Part shown: positions 18,098-27,419 of the stretch, piece by piece | Position numbering within the stretch: position 1 is the first letter of the stretch | Layout: each line of letters begins with the position of its first letter | From: a virus | Lineage: Duplodnaviria; Caudoviricetes | Strand: one strand, 5' to 3' | Virus record (IMG/VR): IMGVR_UViG_3300028906_000005 | Location: 1 to 48,178 of that record | Length of the DNA: 48,178 nt | Notes under the pieces: generated by a model | What the model saw: the letters and a program-made list of their open reading frames with translations, nothing else | Told to the model about the DNA's origin: nothing | Database searches by the model: none | Made by a program: the position numbers and the translations under genes

Positions 18098-18753
18098 CCG
18101 AACGATCTCACCCGGGTTCGCTTCAGCCGTGAACCGCTCGCCTTGGCGCGCAGCCAGGCGGCGTTAAGGTCTTGGATCATCTTGTCGACCTGCTGCCCGT
18201 ACAGCATCCAAGTCTGTTCTTCGCCAATGGCGTGCAGACCGGCGTTCATCAGCGCAGCCAAAAGGTACAATCGCGGAAATTGGGTATAGACCCAGCTCGA
18301 CCCGACATTGGCCATCACCGGGACTTGCTGGAAGTAGTTCATCTGGAACAGCGTGCCCTCGGTCTCGTTGGGCGCGCCGCCGAAATAGATGGTCAGCCCC
18401 TCGATCGTATAATTGAGCCAGGTCGAATTGTAGTTCTGGACATAAGTGCCGGAATAAGGCTGAGCGGGCAGGCGAAAGAACTCGTCGCGCGCTTTGTAGG
18501 TGAGCGGAATCCACCCCGTCGGGGTTGAGCCGCTCGCCATCAGCAAAAGGTCGGTCTCGAGCCAATCACCCGGCAGCGGCGCGCAGCCGCAAGTGACGGT
18601 GTTCTGGCTGGTGGCGATCATCTGGCCGATGCGCAGATTGGTGTTGAGATGCTGGTCGGCCATCGCAATGAACGAGGCCACCAGCGACTGCGACCAGTCC
18701 TGGCGATTCGCGAAGTCAGCGATCTGGGCGCAGAAGGTGGTGTAGTCGCTCAT
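18094..18753 (-). CDS. Head-tail adaptor (tubular A-like)
   Basis: Start MSDYTTF; FIAMADQHLNTNLRI...PRLYLLAAL; position. Confidence 0.7.
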   Translation of the reverse strand: MSDYTTFCAQIADFANRQDWSQSLVASFIAMADQHLNTNLRIGQMIATSQNTVTCGCAPLPGDWLETDLLLMASGSTPTGWIPLTYKARDEFFRLPAQPYSGTYVQNYNSTWLNYTIEGLTIYFGGAPNETEGTLFQMNYFQQVPVMANVGSSWVYTQFPRLYLLAALMNAGLHAIGEEQTWMLYGQQVDKMIQDLNAAWLRAKASGSRLKRTRVRSFG

Positions 18754-18932
18754 ATCCGGTCCGTGAGCCACAGAATGAGGACAATGATCAGCACCACCCC
18801 AACGACGCCAATGCCCGAATTGCCGAGGCCGTAGCCTGGGCGCCAGGGCGCGCCCTGATAGAAATGCGGCCCAATCCCGCCCAGCAGCACGATCACGAGG
18901 ATGACGATGAGGATCAGACCCAGCGGGCTCAT
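18750..18932 (-). CDS. DUF3309-like small two-TM protein
   Basis: LILIVILVIVLLGG...GYG...GVVLIIVLILWLTDRI pattern. Confidence 0.7.
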   Translation of the reverse strand: MSPLGLILIVILVIVLLGGIGPHFYQGAPWRPGYGLGNSGIGVVGVVLIIVLILWLTDRI

Positions 18933-19237
18933 TCAGGCGGCCTCCCTCGACTGAGCCAATAAGCGACCACGGCGCCAAAGGCGGCGACCAGGCCGCCGAT
19001 CGCGCCCGAAGTGATTTCGTCGGTCGGGATGGTGAACAGGGCGCAGAAGGTGACCAACCCGAGAAAGGCCAAGATCACCAAGAGCGAAATGGTCAACGTG
19101 CCGCCGGTCTTGTCGAACTTGCTGGCGGCGATAACCAGAAACACCGTCAGAACAGCGGCGATCACCAACCCTATGGACGCCGGATAGTCGAAAATCCGCG
19201 GCGTCGGCGGCGGAACGACCAGATCGGACGCAGCCAT
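18929..19237 (-). CDS. Putative holin (three hydrophobic segments)
   Basis: Adjacent to endolysin; ends AFGAVVAYWL. Confidence 0.65.
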   Translation of the reverse strand: MAASDLVVPPPTPRIFDYPASIGLVIAAVLTVFLVIAASKFDKTGGTLTISLLVILAFLGLVTFCALFTIPTDEITSGAIGGLVAAFGAVVAYWLSRGRPPE

Positions 19238-19240
19238 TCA

Positions 19241-19906
19241 TCAGCTCGGCTCCGGCATCGCGGCCGAGGCGGGCAGGCCTGGAAGCTCGGCCTCCACCAT
19301 CGGAGCGGCGGCCGGGATCTGTTTGAGGGCTTTTTTGAACAGCCAATAGTAATTGGCGATCGTACTGGCCTTGTCGGTGCCGTTGACGATCCGGCGCGCG
19401 TTGATCGGATCCTCGATGGCCTTCGACTTGGAGAGATATTTCGGCAGACCGACGCCGGTGAACCAGCCATGGATCATGCCGTCGTAGCTGACCAAGGCCG
19501 AGGTCGAGGCGTGCAGCATCAAATGCGGTTCAGGATAGATGTTGGCGTGAACGCCGTAGCGATCCTTGAGGTATTGCTGGCCGTTTTTGTAATTCGTATC
19601 CCAAGTCAATTGGACATGGCCGCGGCCATAGTAGGCCACATTGTGCGGCGCGACCGGCTGGCCGTAGGACTTGCCCGCGCCTTTGCCGTATTCCTCGATC
19701 GGCTGCATGGTGTACGCGGTTTCGTGGTAAAATGTGGCTAGCGCGTAGGCGAGCCACATCGTGCCGTCGTTCGGATTGGCGGCCTCGAAGTGCTTCTCCC
19801 ACACCTCGAGCAGATAATTCATCCCATCGACCTGGGATTGGGTCAGCGTGCCGTTGAACAGGTCTTTACGGACGGTGTCGAAGAAATGCTTACGGTCGTA
19901 GGGCAT
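19241..19906 (-). CDS. Endolysin, glycoside hydrolase family 19-like
   Basis: YALATFYHET...PIEE...YYGRGHVQLTWDTNY...ARRIVNG. Confidence 0.88.
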   Translation of the reverse strand: MPYDRKHFFDTVRKDLFNGTLTQSQVDGMNYLLEVWEKHFEAANPNDGTMWLAYALATFYHETAYTMQPIEEYGKGAGKSYGQPVAPHNVAYYGRGHVQLTWDTNYKNGQQYLKDRYGVHANIYPEPHLMLHASTSALVSYDGMIHGWFTGVGLPKYLSKSKAIEDPINARRIVNGTDKASTIANYYWLFKKALKQIPAAAPMVEAELPGLPASAAMPEPS

Positions 19907-20208
19907 CAGACGGTTCCTCGCCAGATCCGCCAGGGCGTCGCCTCTGGACCGTTGAGCCAGATCTTGAAGGCGTCCTGATCGTGGTAGACGCCGCGATGGA
20001 TCAGGTCTTCGACAACGAACTTCGGCAAGCGCGCCACAACCTTATTGACGCCATGGCGCATCGTCTCCCGGTCGCGCGCGATGCTCTCGAGAATCGGTTC
20101 GATGTCCGTAGTCGTTTGGACATGGAACCGATCCGGCTGATCCGTGTCATAGATCAGTGTGCGCGCGACGCCGTCGCGAACTTCATAGCGTCTACGCGCC
20201 TCGCCCAT
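19906..20208 (-). CDS. Conserved head-module protein (100 aa)
   Basis: TDIEPILES...VARLP...WLNGPE; follows capsid gene. Confidence 0.65.
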   Translation of the reverse strand: MGEARRRYEVRDGVARTLIYDTDQPDRFHVQTTTDIEPILESIARDRETMRHGVNKVVARLPKFVVEDLIHRGVYHDQDAFKIWLNGPEATPWRIWRGTV

Positions 20209-20220
20209 AGTATAATCTCA

Positions 20221-21213
20221 CTAAGGCGCAGGAGGAGCCTGGGCTATGCCATTGAACAATACGTGCGCTAATCCATTCCTAGTCTCGACTCCCCATTCCA
20301 CAACGATCATCCTCGTCTCGGCGTCGCCCGTTCTTGCCATCAAATACTGACGGAAAGCGCGGAAGAACCCGAGCGCGGCGTAATCCGGATCGATCAACAA
20401 CCCAACGTCAGGCGGCACCCAACGAGACGGGATACACTTCACTCGGCCGAAGTCTGTCGCGATGACGTCGACCGTGCTGACGACCTCAGTCTTCCCCACC
20501 AGAACCTGCGTGGTCGAACGCCCGACGAAAGTCGACACCGTCCGCTTCGGCCCTGGCGGCACCACCCACAGTGAGGGGCTCGCCCCATTCGTGTAGGCGA
20601 GCTGCATCGCATTGCCGAGCATGTCCTCGGTCAAGGCGACCGGAGTGCCAGGCGCGTTAAAGACCGCATATTGGGTCGCGGGCAGCGTGCCAGGGGTGTC
20701 GGGCGACACCGCGCCGCCGGGCCCGCTGCCGCCCTTGCCGACCGCTGTCGCGATAGCGTGCGTCAACGACTCGGTCATGCGGGCCGTCGTCCCATCGACC
20801 CCATCGTTGCGCGCCTGCCGCGAGCACAGAATGGTCTCCATGTCGGATTTCAAAACTTTCGAAGCCATGGCCATCTGATGCGCCATTTCCGACGACTTGC
20901 CCGCGGCGTCCGACTCTTCTTGCGAACCTGACACAGTGGCGTCGCGCTCGCTGATCTGAGTCGCATTCTGCATCCGGATGGTCGGTTGCCCCGGCGAGTT
21001 GGCGAGGACAAAACCTTCGACTTGCGCGTTGGTTGGGTTAACAACCGGCAAGAATTCCGTCTGCCAGTCGAAGAACCGATTCTTGACGTTGCGCCTTCGA
21101 ATCGCGCTCATCACCGGCGTATCGAAGGGATCGATGTTGTAGATGGCGTTCGACAAATCTTCTCTGTTGCCCACCGCCATGTAGGTGGTGAAGGCATTGG
21201 TGACCTTTGCCAA
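20221..21213 (-). CDS. Major capsid protein (TTG start)
   Basis: GNREDLSNAIYNIDPFDTP, DWQTE, TDFG, ARTGDAE motifs of DUF5309/SU10-like capsids; GGGAGA upstream. Confidence 0.9.
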   Translation of the reverse strand: MAKVTNAFTTYMAVGNREDLSNAIYNIDPFDTPVMSAIRRRNVKNRFFDWQTEFLPVVNPTNAQVEGFVLANSPGQPTIRMQNATQISERDATVSGSQEESDAAGKSSEMAHQMAMASKVLKSDMETILCSRQARNDGVDGTTARMTESLTHAIATAVGKGGSGPGGAVSPDTPGTLPATQYAVFNAPGTPVALTEDMLGNAMQLAYTNGASPSLWVVPPGPKRTVSTFVGRSTTQVLVGKTEVVSTVDVIATDFGRVKCIPSRWVPPDVGLLIDPDYAALGFFRAFRQYLMARTGDAETRMIVVEWGVETRNGLAHVLFNGIAQAPPAP

Positions 21214-21228
21214 GGGAATCTCCCGGAG

Positions 21229-22467
21229 TTAGAGCAATCTACGAAACACTTCTGCGGTCGCATCGAGCGATCCGCTGCTCGCCTGGCGGCGTAATGCTTC
21301 GTCGAGCCCTCTCCGTTGCCCATTCCCGTTTAAGGGGGTAGCGGCGCCGGGAGTTAACGTTCGACCTTTGCCGGGGATGACAGCCCGGGGTCGGGCCGCC
21401 ATCATCCTGTCGTACCTGCTGGCCTTCAGGAGAACCGTGAGCATCCTGGGGTCATAGACCGTGGCCACTTCATACTCGCTGAAACCAGCATTCGCTGCGG
21501 TTTTCCGCATCGAATGCAGGTTCTTCTTCAGCGTCGGTTCGTCAGGGATCTTGTTGTCCATGACGAATTTCGAAAAGCCTTTTACGGCGTAATCCTGAAC
21601 CTGTCGATCATGCTCCTGCTGAGCCGCCGCTTCGCGCTCAGCCCGCGCCTGCCGCGAAGCCGCCAACTTGGCGTAGATGGTCTGGAAAACCTTCTGCTGC
21701 GCATGCGCGTTGTGCGGATTGACGGCGAATTCCTGATCCCAGTTGGGCTCGGTCGGGAGCATACGCGCGACGTCTTCCTCGTAATCCTGCCGCGCCTTCT
21801 GCCATTGCGCCCAACTTGCTTGTAAATAACCCTGATTCTGCTGCAGCTCCTGGCTGACCTGATTGAGATGAGCCAGGCGCTTGTGGAACGTCTGCTCGCG
21901 CGAATAGCCCCTGAGCGCCTCCTCGAGCGTGACGTGAAAAGTCTCGCCGTCCGCGCTTACTTCGAACCTTTCGGCCTCGGAGTCGCGCTCGGATGACCGG
22001 TCGGGCACTCGCTCGTCGCCCTCGGCCGGGGTGCGCTCGTCTGCCCGCGGAAGGTCGTCGCCTTCGGCGGCGATGGCCCAGATGTCTTCCGGCTCATCCT
22101 CGGCTCCTGCGTATCCTTCGTCGGCGGTGGCATCATTGCGCTCCGCGGCGTCGGGGCTACGTCGTTGGCGACCCGACCGCTCATCTTCGGCGGGCGCGCG
22201 GCGGGATCGTGGTGAACTTTCGCCGTCTTCCCTCTCCCGTACTCGACCATCTGCAACGTCCCTTTCCAGCGCGCGCAGCCTCGGATTATCGCCGCCGTCG
22301 CGCGTGTCTCCGGTCAGCGGATCGCCCTCGAGGGGTCGAGGGCTGAACATCGGTTCTGGCGGGCCCGACTCGGCCACAGGCTTGCCGCGCTGATCACGTG
22401 GCGCGGAACGCGGCGCGACCTCGTTCGAAAACGCGGCGACCGCTTCGTCGTATCCCTCAGGAGGCAT
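21229..22467 (-). CDS. Capsid scaffolding protein
   Basis: Acidic N-half, VTLEEALRGYSR, coiled coil, directly upstream of capsid gene. Confidence 0.8.
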   Translation of the reverse strand: MPPEGYDEAVAAFSNEVAPRSAPRDQRGKPVAESGPPEPMFSPRPLEGDPLTGDTRDGGDNPRLRALERDVADGRVREREDGESSPRSRRAPAEDERSGRQRRSPDAAERNDATADEGYAGAEDEPEDIWAIAAEGDDLPRADERTPAEGDERVPDRSSERDSEAERFEVSADGETFHVTLEEALRGYSREQTFHKRLAHLNQVSQELQQNQGYLQASWAQWQKARQDYEEDVARMLPTEPNWDQEFAVNPHNAHAQQKVFQTIYAKLAASRQARAEREAAAQQEHDRQVQDYAVKGFSKFVMDNKIPDEPTLKKNLHSMRKTAANAGFSEYEVATVYDPRMLTVLLKASRYDRMMAARPRAVIPGKGRTLTPGAATPLNGNGQRRGLDEALRRQASSGSLDATAEVFRRLL

Positions 22468-22723
22468 GGAGTCCTCTCTTTATCGCCATCGTCTGAGTGG
22501 CGATCAAACTGTCGAGCATGCGGGGAATCGCCTCGAGCGCGATCAATTGCGCACGCAGCCGCTTCGTCTGCTCATCGTCGGTCTTGGGATCGAGAAGCTC
22601 GCCGTACCACTGTGCTTTCAGGGTCGAAATTGCGACCGTGAAAGCGCGATTGGCCTTCAGCCCCTCGGCCTCCCTGGCGAGCTCCTTGATGACCTGGGCG
22701 TCCTGGGCCTTGATGTCGTTCAC
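22457..22723 (-). CDS. Small helical protein between portal and scaffold
   Basis: Coupled ORF, typical position. Confidence 0.7.
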   Translation of the reverse strand: MNDIKAQDAQVIKELAREAEGLKANRAFTVAISTLKAQWYGELLDPKTDDEQTKRLRAQLIALEAIPRMLDSLIATQTMAIKRGLHAS

Positions 22724-25557
22724 GGACTCGGCCTCGGCTTGAGTTTGGCGAGGTGCTCTTGATTGGCGAGCGTCGCGCCGGTGATCGCCGCCTCGTGGCC
22801 GCGATCCATCTCGTTCTCCTGGCTCTCATGCTCATGATCGGCGTCGGCGGTCAGCGCGCCCGCGATCAGCTTGGCGTGGGTGTTGTGAACGTCCGTTGCG
22901 TGCCCAGTCATCGCCTGGTGGTGCTGGGCCGCCCCCATCGTCATCGCCTGGGTGTGGGCCGAAGAAATCTGCGCCATCTTCTGCATGTGCTGCGAGGCGA
23001 TCTGAGCCGCCTTCAACTGCGCCTGGCTCATCGCTTGCTGGTGCTGGCGGACGCTGTCCTCAGCGGTCTGCTGTTGATCGGCGAAGTCGAGTTGGTTCTG
23101 GGTGTCGGCCTGATCGCTGTCCGACTGGCTCTTCATCAAGGTCGCGCCCAATTGGCCGAGCTTGTGGGCGCTGTCGACATGCGCCTGCCGGGCCTCGAGG
23201 GCGAGCTTCTGAAAGTCGAACTCGGTCTTAGCCTGGAGCTCGTGCGACTTGAGCGTTTGCTCGGACAGGAGCTTCTTGGTGTCGAAGTTCTGCTGCCCGG
23301 CGGCCTTGGCCGCCTCCATCCGAACTTTCTCCATCTGCGCTTGCGCCGCGATCAGCATCGGATCCGGCGGCTTCGGCGCGTTCTGGATCGCCATCATCTG
23401 CTGCGGCGTCGGGGTCTTGAAATACCTCCCGACATTTTTCACGTTGGCGAGGGAGAGAATATCGGTGATGGTGTTCAAGAGCTCCGGAATCCCGCACACC
23501 GGATTGTTGAGGCCATAAGTTTGGATGACCAATTGCTGGTCTTGCTTGACCTGATTGAGCGCCAGCATGCGCGTCAGGTCGCTGCCCTTACCCAGGTTAG
23601 CGTTGACCTCAACCGCCATCGAGGCGTCGAAGGTCGAGGTGTCGTAAGGGATGTACTTGCCGCGAATCTTCAGCGTGCGCTGCTGATTGGGATTTTCGCA
23701 GATCTCGTTGTACAATCCGCTGAACAAGTCCTTAAAACCGGTCTCGCACAAGACTCGAGCGACCAGTTCGATGCGCTCCTGGGCGCCATTGATGACCGCC
23801 TCTACCCCGATCATGGTCGAGCTCTGCAGCGCCTTGGGGTCGAGACCCTTCGCCGCGTCGCTGAGACCCGTGCGACGCTGCAGAGTTTCGTTCAGCATCT
23901 GCAGGACGGGCAACGCCTGCTGGCCGAGAAACGGCGTGTTGGTGAACAAGACCGATTCAGAGGGGTTGCCCCGGGTCCGGATCACCGCCCCTAAATCGTC
24001 GTTGAGCGCGTCATCGACCGTCACCATGAGCTCGTTGATGACGGTCTTGGGATTGATCGCCTCGGCCGCGCTGTCGAGCACCGCGCGGGTCATATTGGTT
24101 TTTATTCTCTGGATGTCTTCGGTATAATCGGCCAAGCTATCGCCGACGATGGTGTGGCTCACCGGGTCACAGGAAAAAAGGGCGAATTTGATCCGATTGG
24201 CCTCTTCATCGGCGACGATCTGTTGATCTTCGCCCATGGTGCAGATGTAGCGAAGCTCTGGCGTGCCATCACCATCTTTATCGATTTTTACATACCATTC
24301 TCCGTATTTGACCCCATCGCCGATCCGGGTGCCCATGAAGCGGGCGGGGTTGCGCAGTTGAGGCTCGACGGTGAAAGCGGATTCGGAGGTCTGGATATGC
24401 TCGAGGCAGAGATCGCGGTCGTAGCCCATCGCAATCAGCTGATCGACCGGGACGATCCGCTCGTGGCCGACGATGCGGCTGTCGCGAAACGTCCGCGCAT
24501 AGCGATCGAGGCGCATTTCTTCGGGCGGAACGCCCGCGACTTTGATGATCGGTTTCGAGACTTCGAACTCGATCACGCAATGGTCGAACACCGGCGGAGG
24601 CGGCTGTGTTAACGCCGGGGGCAGCGGAGGCGGCGGCGCGCCAGCCATCGCGCCAGGCGGCGGACCGGGGGGCGCTTGAGGCGGCTGTGGACCAGAAGCA
24701 TTCCCAGCTGCGCCCGGCGGACCCACCGGCGCTGGTCCCGGCATCGGGGCTCCGGCTCGAGGGGGCGCTGGCCCGGTGGGCGCGGGAGACGGCATCCCGG
24801 CTATGGGCGCGGGCCCCTGCGCCAACCCGGTGGGAGGAACGGGCGGCGGCGCAGGGGGCGCTGCCCCCGGCGGGGGAGCAGTCGGAATCTGAGGGGGAGG
24901 CTGTTTAACCGGCTTGCCGATCGAAATCAGCTTGGCGTTCGGCTCCTCCGACAGCATCATTTGGATCTGTTCGGCAGTAACATTCAAAAATGTCTTGCGC
25001 TTCATCTCCTTGTGATCGTCGGTCCACCACTTACAGAACCCAGTTTTGACCGTGAGCGCGTCTTTGAATGCGCCATAGAGGATGAGAAAGCCTGGGTTGT
25101 CGTTCCAAAACGTATAATTTACATACTCAGTAGCCTGTTCTGCGACATCGACCTCTTCCTGCGTGCGAGGAACAAGAACGACAGGCGACTCAGTAGCGCC
25201 GAAGAGCCGGATCAACGATGGAATCATCATCATCACCGCATCGCGCACGTCGGTGGAGACGTAAGTCGAGCGGTTAGGGGAGTTGGTGTTGTCCTTGTTG
25301 AGGATCTCGCCCAGTGTGGCGTTGGGATCCTCACCGATATAGGGCTGGCCGGGATTGTAGGGGCCAATCCACGGCTCGTAGCCGTAGTAATAAAGCTGGG
25401 CGTTCTGGCGATCAATGGCGAGGAAAGAGTTCTCGTAATCTTTGGCGTCCGACATCATCGCGCGGACGTATTGCTTGTAGCTCTCCGGATCCTTGGGATC
25501 GTAGGCGCTGGTGCTTGGAGCCGACTGGTCTTTAAAGTGGTAGAATAGACGTTCCAT
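22720..25557 (-). CDS. Portal protein with Pro-rich insertion and Gln/Ala/His-rich tail
   Basis: VSTDVRDAVMMMIPSL, KDALTVKTGFCK, GDSLADYTEDIQRIKT motifs; downstream of terminase. Confidence 0.88.
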   Translation of the reverse strand: MERLFYHFKDQSAPSTSAYDPKDPESYKQYVRAMMSDAKDYENSFLAIDRQNAQLYYYGYEPWIGPYNPGQPYIGEDPNATLGEILNKDNTNSPNRSTYVSTDVRDAVMMMIPSLIRLFGATESPVVLVPRTQEEVDVAEQATEYVNYTFWNDNPGFLILYGAFKDALTVKTGFCKWWTDDHKEMKRKTFLNVTAEQIQMMLSEEPNAKLISIGKPVKQPPPQIPTAPPPGAAPPAPPPVPPTGLAQGPAPIAGMPSPAPTGPAPPRAGAPMPGPAPVGPPGAAGNASGPQPPQAPPGPPPGAMAGAPPPPLPPALTQPPPPVFDHCVIEFEVSKPIIKVAGVPPEEMRLDRYARTFRDSRIVGHERIVPVDQLIAMGYDRDLCLEHIQTSESAFTVEPQLRNPARFMGTRIGDGVKYGEWYVKIDKDGDGTPELRYICTMGEDQQIVADEEANRIKFALFSCDPVSHTIVGDSLADYTEDIQRIKTNMTRAVLDSAAEAINPKTVINELMVTVDDALNDDLGAVIRTRGNPSESVLFTNTPFLGQQALPVLQMLNETLQRRTGLSDAAKGLDPKALQSSTMIGVEAVINGAQERIELVARVLCETGFKDLFSGLYNEICENPNQQRTLKIRGKYIPYDTSTFDASMAVEVNANLGKGSDLTRMLALNQVKQDQQLVIQTYGLNNPVCGIPELLNTITDILSLANVKNVGRYFKTPTPQQMMAIQNAPKPPDPMLIAAQAQMEKVRMEAAKAAGQQNFDTKKLLSEQTLKSHELQAKTEFDFQKLALEARQAHVDSAHKLGQLGATLMKSQSDSDQADTQNQLDFADQQQTAEDSVRQHQQAMSQAQLKAAQIASQHMQKMAQISSAHTQAMTMGAAQHHQAMTGHATDVHNTHAKLIAGALTADADHEHESQENEMDRGHEAAITGATLANQEHLAKLKPRPSP

Positions 25558-25558
25558 T

Positions 25559-25963
25559 CTACTTGCTCCAACGAGCTAAGTTAGCTTTTCTCGACCTCTC
25601 TTGCTTAATTTCAAAAGAAATATTGACCGCCCCGCGTCGAATACGGTCGGAACGCTCTTCTGCCGAAATGTCCTGCTGGTTTTCGCGCGCTGTCGCCCAG
25701 CGCAGATGCCCACCATTGACGCAAAGACCGCCGACACACCCATTCCGAGTGTTGTGAGCCGCGTGATGCTTGGATGTTGGAGGTGGACCGTTTGTCTCTT
25801 CACAGACGACGCGTGGAACGCGCACAACCTTGCCGTTCCAGCCTACAGTTCCTTGCAAACTACGTGGATTGCCGCCAAGTCCAGCGATCCAGATCAAGCA
25901 CCCGGTATTTGGCTCTGGAATCCACTTATCAGCGTGCTGCTCGAGAATGCTCTGTCGTTCCAT
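25559..25963 (-). CDS. HNH endonuclease
   Basis: PEPNTGCLIW, HHAAH..CVNGGHLRWATAREN; probable start MERQ. Confidence 0.85.
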   Translation of the reverse strand: MERQSILEQHADKWIPEPNTGCLIWIAGLGGNPRSLQGTVGWNGKVVRVPRVVCEETNGPPPTSKHHAAHNTRNGCVGGLCVNGGHLRWATARENQQDISAEERSDRIRRGAVNISFEIKQERSRKANLARWSK

Positions 25964-26086
25964 GGCCCACATCCATGAGACGACCCCCGCGGAATCGGTC
26001 TTAGCTCAATCCATGCCTCTTGCGCCAGAGGGCTTGCTTCTTTCGGTCATGGAGCCATAGCCACATGGGTGGGGCGACCGGGCCGA

Positions 26087-26121
26087 TGAAAAGAGGCCCT
26101 CCGGTGCGCCAGAGGGCCTCC
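26087..26121 (-). terminator. Rho-independent terminator
   Basis: GAGGCCCTC...GAGGGCCTC stem followed by TTTT on the minus strand, just after the stop at 26143. Confidence 0.6.
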
Positions 26122-26142
26122 AAGTCGACTGGAGTCGATGGT

Positions 26143-26832
<690 letters not shown>

Positions 26833-26887
26833 GCGTTTCCTCCAGAGTGTTAGGACAGCTTTGGGTTACGCCACAATCATGACAAGC

Positions 26888-27058
26888 TCAACGGCGTGGC
26901 GGGGTTTCGTTGGCCTTCTCGAGCGCCTCGACGCAGTCTTTGGCGTAACGAGCCACAATCGCCCATTCATTAGCCCGGCCGCCGCGCTTGATCCAATCGA
27001 TCGAGAGTTGAAGCAACAGAGCCATCAAGAGCTCAGGCTCGTTCATGCCCGCGAACAT
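26888..27058 (-). CDS. Hypothetical protein (start 27058 or 27046)
   Basis: Helical ORF within late-strand run. Confidence 0.5.
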   Translation of the reverse strand: MFAGMNEPELLMALLLQLSIDWIKRGGRANEWAIVARYAKDCVEALEKANETPPRR

Positions 27059-27069
27059 GTCGAGCGATT

Positions 27070-27360
27070 CTAGATCGCTGGCGGGGTGGGGTTGGCCGCG
27101 AAGTGCTTGCACGCCCAGGCCGAGTGGGGCACTTCCGACATGGGAGCGGGGGTACTGAGCAGCGCCTTCTTGCAGCGCGCTGGTTTCAGCAGGCCCAGTC
27201 TCGTCCGCTCGCCCTTCGGGTTCAGCCACCATGTGCATTCTCGGCAAGTGTTGGAGGTGTCGACGCGGGCAAAGTGCGCTTGCCCCGGTTTGGTCATGAT
27301 GTAGGAGACGCTCTCCTCGGTCAAATGTTCCGAGCCGATCATCAGACATACCAGAACCAA
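27070..27360 (-). CDS. Cys-rich hypothetical protein
   Basis: PGQAHFA...TCREC...C...ACKHF; start uncertain. Confidence 0.6.
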   Translation of the reverse strand: MVLVCLMIGSEHLTEESVSYIMTKPGQAHFARVDTSNTCRECTWWLNPKGERTRLGLLKPARCKKALLSTPAPMSEVPHSAWACKHFAANPTPPAI

Positions 27361-27419
27361 AGCGCATAGATACTAGGACTTTCCATCACTTCCGGCATAT
27401 TGCCCCAGAATAACGCCAT

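Noticed and set aside
22753-23994. Long antisense ORFs (also 27462..28754, 41246..42220, 3801..4433)
   Set aside because: Shadow frames opposite well-supported genes in GC-rich DNA, with no recognisable motifs.
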